32,000 nucleotides of DNA, from contig JADGIF010000010.1 in NCBI GenBank assembly GCA_018985225.1, positions 1 through 32,000 of the forward strand, given 5' to 3'. Numbering within the stretch: the first letter of the stretch is position 1; the number at the start of each line of letters is the position of its first letter. Position numbers and translations under genes: made by a program. The notes under the pieces are model-generated. The model was not told the DNA's origin. It was given only the letters and a program-made list of their open reading frames with translations, and searched no databases. This DNA is from Amoeboradix gromovi X-113 (lineage: Eukaryota > Fungi > Sanchytriomycota). Below are positions 9,164 through 18,567 of the stretch, piece after piece.

Positions 9164-11410
9164 TTATTTACTTAATGAGATTGGCAATGTTAGCAACAAG
9201 GTGTTCAAATCCATAATCAAATCGGTATCAAATTCGTCATTGACGGCTATCGCATTAAACCAAGAAGGAGACACAACATCAAGGAGATTCACACCAGCTT
9301 GCAGTTGGAACAGATCATACAGATTAGATTTAAACTTTGTGTGAGTTTGAAGAAGCTTGATACTTACATTTAAAGACTTGTTGACGTAGATATGGTTGAT
9401 GAATGCAGGTGTTACGCAACAATCATGATTATCAAAGTCATTGGTCACAACAATGTCATTACCAATAGGACCAATAATACCACCCAACTCTGATACCATG
9501 GCTTGATGCTGGATATCGCAGATGAACGAGAAACCATTCAATACATTAAGAATGGTATTAGCGGGTTTGCTCTTCTTTAAATGGATAATGCTAAGCTGTT
9601 TACGTTTACGAGAAGGTTTCATCTCTTTTTTGCTATTGTCAGATGAGCCTTGTGTTTTAAAAGCAGATATCATATAAGAATTACTAATAAATGCAGTGAT
9701 ATCTTTCACGCACTCACAGTCCTCGAGGGACTTGTCGGTTCTTATTTGCCCAGTAGTGGGAAACCGAATTGTGTATTTAAAGCCATATAATCCATCATTT
9801 TCATCAACAGGAATAAACTCATGGCCACTTAACTCGACTATTATACAGCATTCAACGGGGTCTATCAGAAAGTCCGGTTTATTCCGATTAGGATGAATAA
9901 GCCAATTGTTTGATAAGTATGCAATACCGTAGTCCCTGAATTTGTCTTGAATGTATTCTAGCTGCTCTTTTCTAATGCTAGTTGCTTTGCAAATACTAGC
10001 GAACCTCATTGACATTGAGTGTTTATCTTCTATTATTGCACAAAGAAAAGATACTAGTTTACCACTGTTGCTACCTCTACCGTAGTAGGAGCCCACAATA
10101 ACCATATCAAAGTCATGATTCATATTATTCAAAGTTGCTGCCTTTAGTTTGTACCATTCTGGTCCTCTGCCTCCACAAATGTACTTGGACAACGGATTCT
10201 TTGCAACAATTCCTTCCTTTTTGTTTAGTACCTCAGTTTTCAACATTTGTTCCAAAATATCAGGCATGGAACAAATTTTAAAAGATATCACCTGAATGTA
10301 TTCATTGTCAGTTACCACTTTACGCAGAAGCTGCTTACGTTGTTCTAGAGGCAGACCCGTCAGATCCTCTGGCCCAAGCTTTAAAATATCAAAAACTATA
10401 AATTTGATTTGAGCTCCACTTACGTCCTCCTCAATTGCATCGATATAATCGTTTTTGTGGCCGAAGAACTTTCTTAATGATCCGTATCTTAATACTCTGC
10501 CGTTCTTGATGGCAATCATCTCACCATCAAGTATAACGTCTAGAGCATTTATAGAAGAGTGAATGAAAGGAGTGAGCAAGCCTTCATGTATAGTACCATA
10601 TTTAGTCGTATCATCTTGGTAGTTCTTGGTGTAGAACTTGTAATTGTCCTTTAACTTGTGCAAAATGACACGCTCGCCATCAATCTTCTCTTCAATGTAA
10701 AGTGTTTTATTAGAACTGGTGGTGAAAGGATCCTGAATTTTGTTGGCTCTTTTAGTTAACATGGGTTTGAAGCTATGTCCAATAGACAACGACTGCTTTT
10801 TTACACCGCTCAGTGAAGCGCTTACAACATACTCTAAATCAGTGTGAGTCGCCCAGAGTTCTTCAGCTTCAGGAGCAAATAAAAGCAATATTGCCTCACC
10901 AGTAAGTTTAATTTTCAAGTCCTTTAATAAAATGCGAATGAACCAAAACATTTCATTTGGACTAAGTCTCAGTAGTAATTCTAAAAATATTCGAGCCTTG
11001 ACAGAAGACTCTGCATTGGCAATTTGATCAAGATATTTATGTAGCTCATTAAATGAGATATTGGAACTTTTGTTATTTAGACGATCTTGGATTACAGATT
11101 TACAAAGGGAAGCGAAGTCAACGTCAGACTGTTTGAAGTTTAACAAGCTACGAGCAGCTTGGCTCCTTTTATCGAGATTAACTGTATCTATAATCAGCCT
11201 AGCAATTTTGTCGTTACCGAGTAGAAAAGGACCACGTTTTCGATCTAACTTAATGCAAAAAACACGTATGACTGGGATTAATAGATCAGAATGATTGTTT
11301 TTGAGGAAAGAAAAGATGTTGCTTAAAGCTTTCTTGCAAGCAGGTAGAGGCTTCATTGTTAGAAGATCAAGAACAACGCACATATCTGTAAAATTGGAAA
11401 AATCACCCAT
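9164..11410 (-). CDS. LIG4: DNA ligase IV (NHEJ), shortened
   Basis: Motif I EEKIDGERV, III LDGEM, IIIa VFDIL, IV EGIVAK, V WYKLK, VI TIRFP; EMFWFIRILLKDLK is typical of Lig4; only a degenerate BRCT-like tail. Confidence 0.88.
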   Translation of the reverse strand: MGDFSNFTDMCVVLDLLTMKPLPACKKALSNIFSFLKNNHSDLLIPVIRVFCIKLDRKRGPFLLGNDKIARLIIDTVNLDKRSQAARSLLNFKQSDVDFASLCKSVIQDRLNNKSSNISFNELHKYLDQIANAESSVKARIFLELLLRLSPNEMFWFIRILLKDLKIKLTGEAILLLFAPEAEELWATHTDLEYVVSASLSGVKKQSLSIGHSFKPMLTKRANKIQDPFTTSSNKTLYIEEKIDGERVILHKLKDNYKFYTKNYQDDTTKYGTIHEGLLTPFIHSSINALDVILDGEMIAIKNGRVLRYGSLRKFFGHKNDYIDAIEEDVSGAQIKFIVFDILKLGPEDLTGLPLEQRKQLLRKVVTDNEYIQVISFKICSMPDILEQMLKTEVLNKKEGIVAKNPLSKYICGGRGPEWYKLKAATLNNMNHDFDMVIVGSYYGRGSNSGKLVSFLCAIIEDKHSMSMRFASICKATSIRKEQLEYIQDKFRDYGIAYLSNNWLIHPNRNKPDFLIDPVECCIIVELSGHEFIPVDENDGLYGFKYTIRFPTTGQIRTDKSLEDCECVKDITAFISNSYMISAFKTQGSSDNSKKEMKPSRKRKQLSIIHLKKSKPANTILNVLNGFSFICDIQHQAMVSELGGIIGPIGNDIVVTNDFDNHDCCVTPAFINHIYVNKSLNVSIKLLQTHTKFKSNLYDLFQLQAGVNLLDVVSPSWFNAIAVNDEFDTDLIMDLNTLLLTLPISLSK

Positions 11411-11459
11411 GTATAATGGAAATGTTTTAAAAAAAGTGAACCGCTATCGAACCTAATGG

Positions 11460-11837
11460 AATAAACCATGTATTGCGACCGCATGTATTCATAGCCAGTA
11501 TATCTCTCTTTCTAAGGTTTTCTAACTGCATAAAACTGAGTATTACTTCTTTTCATACATGGAAAATGTCTCAAAATCATCATACCCAGAACACGCCAAA
11601 TCTTAAGACATAATTATCAGATACAGAATACCATGGTATACTTTAAAAAACTGGTCTAAAAATGAGATTCAAATGTTAAGAAAGAGGCAAGACATTGGTG
11701 AAATTTAATGAAGCATTTACCGGCCAACTTCTGAGGAAAAGCAACTAGAAAATTTTCCTTATCATTGTAAATCATACATTCAACCAACGCCTTCCGAAGT
11801 TAAGGTACTAGATCCATCTCGGGTTTGCCAGCGTTAG
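11460..11837 (+). pseudogene. Possible decayed transposase N-terminus (CENP-B/pogo-type HTH)
   Basis: One frame reads ...HAKS*DIIIRYRIPWYTLKNWSKNEIQMLRKRQDIGEI**SIYRPTSEEKQLENF..., with stops at 11523, 11604, 11706 and 11709. YRIPWYTLKNW resembles the psq/CENP-B HTH pattern YxIPxSTLxxW. Confidence 0.3.
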
Positions 11838-11961
11838 TTTGATACTAGAGTGAATTCAATGGTCTTAAAGAGTCTAAATATAGTTATGGGTACTTGTAAT
11901 GTGGCATTACTAACTTAATAACTATGCACCACTTTTTCTTTTCGCCGTTCATTTAATCCTC

Positions 11962-11999
11962 CACCCGGAAGCTACCATTCATAGAGCATCTCCCGGGTG
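11962..11999 (+). promoter_or_regulatory. GC-rich stem-loop ending 2 nt before the VPS39 ATG
   Basis: CACCCGG (11962-11968) is the exact reverse complement of CCGGGTG (11993-11999); pairing can extend inward after one mismatch. Confidence 0.35.
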
Positions 12000-12001
12000 T
12001 T

Positions 12002-14242
12002 ATGAAACTAGAAGTCAAGCAGATTTATCATGGCGTAACTAAGAATATTGGCCTAGATGATGGCAACCTATACATTTTAAACAATTCTGATATTATTGGT
12101 AATAACAAAGTGATTCCTGCAGATGGTGTTACCGACTTTGAAATGATTCAGAGCATATTGTACACTTTGAAAGATGGAATTTTGTATAGACAGGCTACCG
12201 TGCTCTCCGATTCATCGCTTTATCGTATTACAACAAATGAACTTAAACAGCATATAGTCTACTCTTTTAATGATTCCATAATAACCAAAATCACTCTGTA
12301 TCGCGATAACCACTCCAGAGAAGAATTTAATCTTCCTCTAATTGATTTCGTCATAGTCGAGTATGATTTGCTCTTGGCATGCACCAGCAAACATCTGGCG
12401 CTGTATTATTTTGGCAATAATCAGCCTTGGTTTATCATCAATGATTACAAACTATCCTTGCCAATGTTAGGTGCTTACAAATACAAGTACATCATTGACA
12501 AATCCTTTGAATATATCTACATTGTACGTTATAAAGGCTGCTGTATTTACAAAAAGAATTTATTAATATTCTCGGTAAACCTTCCATTTCCGGTATCCAA
12601 CGGCATAATAATTGGTGGATTTCTATATTGCATTGATGATAATATGCTTAAAGTTATACATCTCTATACATCCGATTGTGTTGCGTATGATATTACTGGG
12701 ACTCTGCTTAAATCTTCTCAAGGGGCTTACCTGAACTCGAACAATTGCCTATACAAGATCACTGTATCTGATCTTAAAGACATTCAAATCACGTTATGCA
12801 ACAATAATTTACATCCCATGGCCTTGGATAGTTTGTTGTCAAATCAAGATGATTTCCTCGAGCAGCAATATTGGATTAAGGCAAAGTTCATCAGATATCT
12901 AGTTGAAAATAAGCAGCACGAGCATGCTTGTCAGTTGATGCTGGATATTAGCTATCCGTTGGTTGATTTTATTCACTTGTTTCCTGAAGTTATTCCGAGC
13001 AAGTTAGACATCTCTCAACTTAATCCCAATCATGTGCATAGTGACAAGCAAGTGGAGAGAAATACTTTGTATCCATTTCTACCTTATTTGAGTAGTAAAA
13101 GAGTTGATTATCCGATAATCGACACAATAATGTTTTACATCTACTCAAAAATCAATACATCGTTGCTGAAGTCGTTGATTAGAGTTGAAAATGCATGCGA
13201 CTTAGACACATGTGGTACCATTTTGCTGGACATGGGGATGATAAAGGAATGGATATTATTTTATTTCAGTAAAAATTCCAACTCTGATGCTTTCAAATTA
13301 ATGATTAGCAACAAGTTTGAATCCAAATACTTTTTAGAATACTATGACCTGCTGGTTCAACACAATGAGACAGACTGGTTGCTTGATCATTTGGACTATT
13401 TTTTAAAAGAGTTTAAAGATTTGGAATACTTTATTAACCATCCTGCATTTCAATCCAGCCATGTGCGATCTAGAATATGCGAGTTACTGCAATTTGATTT
13501 GTACTTGCAACGACAATACTTGAGTGAAATCGTATTGAAAAAGAAGGCTAATAAGTTTCATGTCCAATTAATTTTAGTTCAGGTGGAGATAATAAAAAAT
13601 TTAAATGTGGGGATAGACGATGATAAAATGCTACAGGAAAGGCTCGTCTTAAGAGAGTACTTATCATATGACAGTGGTTACGGTTACAACGAACTAGTTC
13701 CAATTCTAGGAGACTTAAATCTTGATTTTGAAGTAGCATTGGTTTACAAAACGTTAAACCAGCATGAATCGGCATTAAAAATATACGTGGTCAAAATGAA
13801 CAACTACGTCGAGGCAGAAAAGTATTGCTTTGATGCTTATTATAAATCGCATCAAATAAATGTGTACAACGATTTATTTCATGTAATAAAGCAGCACCAA
13901 CCCGAAAAGGTGGTGCAATTTGCCATAGATCATGTAGATTACCTGGATCCCTTACAAGTGTTATCGGTTATACCAAACCATACAGACTTAAAAAATGTGC
14001 TCTCATGGGTGGATAAAGGATTAAAAGTGTACAATAGAGAATATCAGCGTGCTAGTATGAATAAGAATCAGTTAAAGATACACCATAGTAGATTAAGGCA
14101 AGAGAGATACGTTGAACTAAATCGAAAATGTTTTGTAGACGCCTACAAAGTATGTTATAACTGTAACAGAAGAATTGGGGATAAAGCATGCTACATGTAC
14201 ACTAAAAACCTGTGTTGTGCTAACTGTATACCACGAAAATAG
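12002..14242 (+). CDS. VPS39: Vps39/Vam6 (or Vps3/TGFBRAP1) HOPS/CORVET subunit
   Basis: IDTIMFYIY..NTSLLKSLIRVENAC (Vps39_1 region), HESALKIYVVKMNNYVEAEKYC, LDPLQVLSVIP, C-terminal CYNCNRRIG..CANC zinc motif. Confidence 0.8.
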   Translation: MKLEVKQIYHGVTKNIGLDDGNLYILNNSDIIGNNKVIPADGVTDFEMIQSILYTLKDGILYRQATVLSDSSLYRITTNELKQHIVYSFNDSIITKITLYRDNHSREEFNLPLIDFVIVEYDLLLACTSKHLALYYFGNNQPWFIINDYKLSLPMLGAYKYKYIIDKSFEYIYIVRYKGCCIYKKNLLIFSVNLPFPVSNGIIIGGFLYCIDDNMLKVIHLYTSDCVAYDITGTLLKSSQGAYLNSNNCLYKITVSDLKDIQITLCNNNLHPMALDSLLSNQDDFLEQQYWIKAKFIRYLVENKQHEHACQLMLDISYPLVDFIHLFPEVIPSKLDISQLNPNHVHSDKQVERNTLYPFLPYLSSKRVDYPIIDTIMFYIYSKINTSLLKSLIRVENACDLDTCGTILLDMGMIKEWILFYFSKNSNSDAFKLMISNKFESKYFLEYYDLLVQHNETDWLLDHLDYFLKEFKDLEYFINHPAFQSSHVRSRICELLQFDLYLQRQYLSEIVLKKKANKFHVQLILVQVEIIKNLNVGIDDDKMLQERLVLREYLSYDSGYGYNELVPILGDLNLDFEVALVYKTLNQHESALKIYVVKMNNYVEAEKYCFDAYYKSHQINVYNDLFHVIKQHQPEKVVQFAIDHVDYLDPLQVLSVIPNHTDLKNVLSWVDKGLKVYNREYQRASMNKNQLKIHHSRLRQERYVELNRKCFVDAYKVCYNCNRRIGDKACYMYTKNLCCANCIPRK

Positions 14243-14291
14243 AATAAATAGATTTATTTTGATGTCTTAAAGCCCTTTATTTATCAAAACT

Positions 14292-16316
14292 TTAGCTACT
14301 ATCCTCTTCACCTTCAGTATTCTCACCTTCTTTAGTAGATTTCTCCTCTGTTTCTGAACCAGTCTTTCCATCGGGGTTATTGACATCCAATTGTGCTTGC
14401 TTGGCCGCTTTTATTTTAAGAAATTCGGCATCAGTGACTTTGCTACCAAGAACACCCTCAAGAGTACCCTTATCCGTTACATCTCTTCTGGGTCGCAAAT
14501 AGTTGGGACATAATTCTGGTAATTTGCTTCTTATAACATCAGGGTATAGAATGTACTGCTTCTGTCCATCTTTAAGTGTGGGGCAGGCAAATTTGGATTT
14601 CTTAGTTACAATGCACATTTTTGGAATGCCCTTTGTCTTTGGGACTGCTAGTAACCCATGGCACACATCTCCGTTAAAAACTTCGTCTTTGGGAACGAAC
14701 TTTTGCATTGCCATGCTTTGAAGATTTTGTAAACCATCCATAAAATTAGATAAATCGGTTATGTCTGCGTCATCCAACATAGCGTTATATCGAATCGCAG
14801 TCTCTCTAGCTGATGCTATACTGGCTTCTAGATTTTGTAACAACTTAGATTTAGCAGATTCAAATTGAGCTGCACAAGTGCTTCTCACACAGGTTTCAAC
14901 CATTGGAGTTAGTCCGGTCTGAGTTTGTTTGCATTCCTCTTTATTTAAAAAACATTTGCTATCTGACGCTCCAAATAAGGGCATTATAAATGAAAAAGCC
15001 TGTTTAGTTTTACTACAAGGCTTATCGCAATCCTCGTGGTAGCTCTTTTGATAAGTACATAACTGCTTGCCGTCATCTGTCAATGCCTTGACATATCTGC
15101 AGTTAGGATCTTTGCAAGTGTTGTTGGTAAGTCCGGTGAATTCTTGTTGCAAGTCGGCATTGAACTCATAATATGGTTCCGCCCTTTCGTCTTGCACGTA
15201 GCCTTGAACATTTTGAGCATTGGGAACAGCCAAAGTCATTAAACATTGATTAGTAGACATCTTCTTTTCAAAATGCGATTGTTCAATGTGAGCTTTACTT
15301 TGAGTGTACCAGTAGTTAATCATCAAATCGTACTGAATTCTAAAGGCGCTGATATATTGTTTAAATAGATCTTCGATTCTTGATGTATCAGAGTCTAATT
15401 GCTTTGCAGTTATGTACCATTCTTTAACTGCCATTATCAGCATACTAACAAATTGTGGATATGCAGATACTGCAGTGGCAGTCTCTTCGTCATTAAAAGT
15501 AATTTCGTCATCGGCGTTTATCGGCATCTTTGCATAAACCATTTGCTGTGCAGTCTCAGTAACCAGCGTTTGCCAATTGGAAAGAATGATATCTCCATTG
15601 CTTTCACCATCAAATATGTTAAGGGTATCTGTAATAACCTTGATAGATATTCCCAACTTTTCTTGATACTGCTGCTGAAATTTCATTTCAATCTGATTGT
15701 TTATCATTTCACTGAGATACGGCTTAATTTCCATAAACATTTGATCTGGAGATGGAATAACCTGTTGTATGTACTCAACTATCTGTTTAAAAAATGAATC
15801 CGGGTCAATCTGGGGAGGTGCTTTTTCACCTTCGAAAGCATCAAAGAATGTTTTCCCAATCATCATAACACTACCAAGTGCAATAGCGGGAGGGCTACCA
15901 GTAAACATGAGAATAGTGGCAGTCATATCGTATGCAGCACCGATAAACATGTCGGATCTCTGCTGAGCTGTAATATTAGGTGTTGTAAATGCCTGAACCA
16001 TTGTAACCATACTATGGCCGCTCATTCCTACAGCCATAGCAACACCCATGCCCATACCATTTCGTTTCACCAGCGATGGATCCCCACCAGACACATCTGC
16101 GATAGCTTTAGAAGATGGAGGATCTCGAGTTTTTATTCCAACGTCAGAGACTGATTTTAACATTTTTCTCAATAGAGAGCCTCGCCAAAGACCATTAGCG
16201 ACATGTTTGGTAACATTAGAGTTTTTTGAGTCGATGCTGTAGGAAGCGTTTCTATAATGGAAATGTTCATCCTCGGTTTTGCTTGCATATGTTGTCAAAC
16301 ATAATAAAATCATCAT
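14292..16316 (-). CDS. Secreted prepro-protein (~674 aa): Cry delta-endotoxin domain I-like helical core plus Cys-rich C-terminal region
   Basis: Long uninterrupted ORF (first ATG 16316; the track starts at GTG 16343). Short hydrophobic N-terminus, LVKR Kex2-like site (KR at 16067-16062), two hydrophobic segments, amphipathic helices, then a Cys-rich region. The CDS is solid; the toxin-like assignment is inference. Confidence 0.7.
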   Translation of the reverse strand: MMILLCLTTYASKTEDEHFHYRNASYSIDSKNSNVTKHVANGLWRGSLLRKMLKSVSDVGIKTRDPPSSKAIADVSGGDPSLVKRNGMGMGVAMAVGMSGHSMVTMVQAFTTPNITAQQRSDMFIGAAYDMTATILMFTGSPPAIALGSVMMIGKTFFDAFEGEKAPPQIDPDSFFKQIVEYIQQVIPSPDQMFMEIKPYLSEMINNQIEMKFQQQYQEKLGISIKVITDTLNIFDGESNGDIILSNWQTLVTETAQQMVYAKMPINADDEITFNDEETATAVSAYPQFVSMLIMAVKEWYITAKQLDSDTSRIEDLFKQYISAFRIQYDLMINYWYTQSKAHIEQSHFEKKMSTNQCLMTLAVPNAQNVQGYVQDERAEPYYEFNADLQQEFTGLTNNTCKDPNCRYVKALTDDGKQLCTYQKSYHEDCDKPCSKTKQAFSFIMPLFGASDSKCFLNKEECKQTQTGLTPMVETCVRSTCAAQFESAKSKLLQNLEASIASARETAIRYNAMLDDADITDLSNFMDGLQNLQSMAMQKFVPKDEVFNGDVCHGLLAVPKTKGIPKMCIVTKKSKFACPTLKDGQKQYILYPDVIRSKLPELCPNYLRPRRDVTDKGTLEGVLGSKVTDAEFLKIKAAKQAQLDVNNPDGKTGSETEEKSTKEGENTEGEEDSS

Positions 16317-17161
16317 CTTATTGCGGAAACTGGAAACATTCACTTTAAATCATCTAGAATCTCAGACTAGGTGGGTTCCACCAGTAAAAATCCTAATAGG
16401 ATCTGATTCATTTTCATGAACTTGTACCAATCATGTGACTGAATAGGAAAAATGATTTTCACAGCTATCGATTTTAATTGAATAAACAATTAATCGTGAT
16501 TGCGTGAGTTATGTGGCTCCACTATTCTCTCTTATTAACTTTTCAGACCGCGTAGAAGCTCGATAATCGTATTTTCATCAATTGCAAATGGGTCAAAATC
16601 GTCCCATTTAGAATATAATAAATTTAAATGTTTAGGACCTGCTCTAAAAATGGAGAGATACGATGCATTTATGTTTATTGCATTTGCGGTGAGAGAAAAT
16701 ATGAAAGAATTGTGCTACGGGAAAGACCTAAAAAATATTTGGATGTCCTAATCTCAGGAATAAGCAACACTAATGTTTCCCACCAAGCGCACACATTAAT
16801 TTGTTATTTAGGATACTGCAAAAATAGTACTTGTAGGCAAAACAAAAAGGCCATTACACTAATACCCATTTTTATAAAGCTCTTTTGTTTTTCGATATCT
16901 TGAATCCTTTTCTAATCATCTTGGTTTACATTCGCAGCCAATGACTTTCAAGACACAAAGTAATGTACTCGCTAGGTCGGCTTTTGTTGGAACTTATTAG
17001 AACCAGCGATGATTTTAGTGTTGGTGCAATCGTCTGGAAAATTGTTTGTTATTAAGTTTTGAGTATCTCTTTGTAGCGTAGTAAAAATCTTCTAAGATGG
17101 TATCTCTTTTTTTGTCATCTCCTTTTCTCCCCTCCAGTATACTTTCTTAGAGCATTCCGAC

Positions 17162-18508
17162 ATGTTAGTCCTTTACTTTATTTTACGTTCAAGTCAATTT
17201 CATCACCAGCTTCCAAGTTTTGAAGAATTCCAAAAGATGGACGCTTTCACTGCACATGAACATCATGGTGATCTTAAAGATAGGTACAATTATGCTAGTT
17301 CGCAATGCGCTGCTTCTGTTTTGAAGGTCAATAAAGAAGTGAAAGGTGGATCTAGAATACTGAATGACAATCGGGATAGTTATATGCTAACGCCTTGCAG
17401 CGTAAAAGATAAGTATATAGTCGTTGAGTTGTGTGAGGATATTCTGATAGACACTATTGTTCTGGGTAACTTTGAATATTTCTCTTCTACTTTTAAGCAT
17501 TTTAAAGTTAGTGTATCACAGAGATACCCACCATCACAAGGATGGGTAGCACTAGGCGAATTTGATGCAGTGAATTCTAAAAGAAAACAAATGTTTTCTA
17601 TATCTAATCCAATAATTTTCGCTAAATTTGTCAAAATTGACTTTGTAAGTCATTTTGATTATCAATACTACTGCCCACTGTCTCTTGTGCAAGTTTACGG
17701 TACTTCAATGATTGAAGAATATAAAAGATTCGTAGATGATGCAGTTTATGTACAGCCTTTGTCTTTACCAAGTAGCAAAAATGAGTCAAAGACGCCATAC
17801 CCACAAAAAGAGGAAGATTACTTCTTATTAGATAACCCTGATTTCAGCAACCTTGGGGATCAGCATGCTGCTTTTGTTGAAGAGTGGCTCAATTATTGCA
17901 GATCCAAAGACTTTCACTTCTATTTTTCAAATCAATGTTTTAGTGCTAATGATGCATATAAATCACAGGAAGATCCATGGGAGATAGCTGCCAGTGCGCT
18001 CCCTCAAAGTGTATTCACAAGTTTAGAGCGAAATCATATCAAACTGATAAAGCACATTCACTCAAATAATCTGAAAATAAGTGAAAAATTTAATAAAATT
18101 GACAAAAAAGTAAAAGCCATGGAAAAAGCCATTGCAAATCTGAACTCCACAATATACGACGAAATAGCAAAACTTAGGATAACCTTTGATTTATTTGAAA
18201 AAAAGCAAAAGAAGCAGCAGCTAAAAGCTCAAGGGCAATTAAAACAACAGGTTACTGACTTAAAGTTTAAGCTAGAACGGATATTCGAAGAAACAATTGA
18301 AAACCGAAAATGGGACAGATTACGTTCTTTGCTCATCATTTTAATACTGATAATAGTCATGCTGAAGAATACAAACATTAAAAAGTATGCTTCCAGTGCA
18401 TTTTACTACTATTCACCTGGTAGTTCTCCAAAAAAAGACATGAAGGAACCGAGTGGGGTGCAAAGTATGCCGTCCTCACCGTTAAGCAGGAAAAGGGCTC
18501 AGCAATAA
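17162..18508 (+). CDS. SLP1: Mid-SUN domain ER protein Slp1/SUCO
   Basis: KDRYNYASSQCAASVLK, DSYMLTPC, VVELCEDILIDTIVLGNFEYFSS, YYCPLSLVQVYG; followed by a coiled coil and a TM helix. Confidence 0.9.
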   Translation: MLVLYFILRSSQFHHQLPSFEEFQKMDAFTAHEHHGDLKDRYNYASSQCAASVLKVNKEVKGGSRILNDNRDSYMLTPCSVKDKYIVVELCEDILIDTIVLGNFEYFSSTFKHFKVSVSQRYPPSQGWVALGEFDAVNSKRKQMFSISNPIIFAKFVKIDFVSHFDYQYYCPLSLVQVYGTSMIEEYKRFVDDAVYVQPLSLPSSKNESKTPYPQKEEDYFLLDNPDFSNLGDQHAAFVEEWLNYCRSKDFHFYFSNQCFSANDAYKSQEDPWEIAASALPQSVFTSLERNHIKLIKHIHSNNLKISEKFNKIDKKVKAMEKAIANLNSTIYDEIAKLRITFDLFEKKQKKQQLKAQGQLKQQVTDLKFKLERIFEETIENRKWDRLRSLLIILILIIVMLKNTNIKKYASSAFYYYSPGSSPKKDMKEPSGVQSMPSSPLSRKRAQQ

Positions 18509-18567
18509 ACTGATTTCTCTATTTGTTGTACGTTGCAATCTTTTTTACAAATTTATGGAGTACAAGG

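Noticed and set aside
9100-9166. TAA/TAG reassignment to Gln (read-through of LIG4 and other stops)
   Set aside because: Conserved genes (ETF-beta, DHFR, Nox KENF*) end at TAA/TAG at the expected positions, and long ORFs have no internal TAR codons.
16628-16903. 91-aa Cys-rich ORF and other frames in the 16.3-17.1 kb gap
   Set aside because: No recognisable domain; the other frames are broken by stops.
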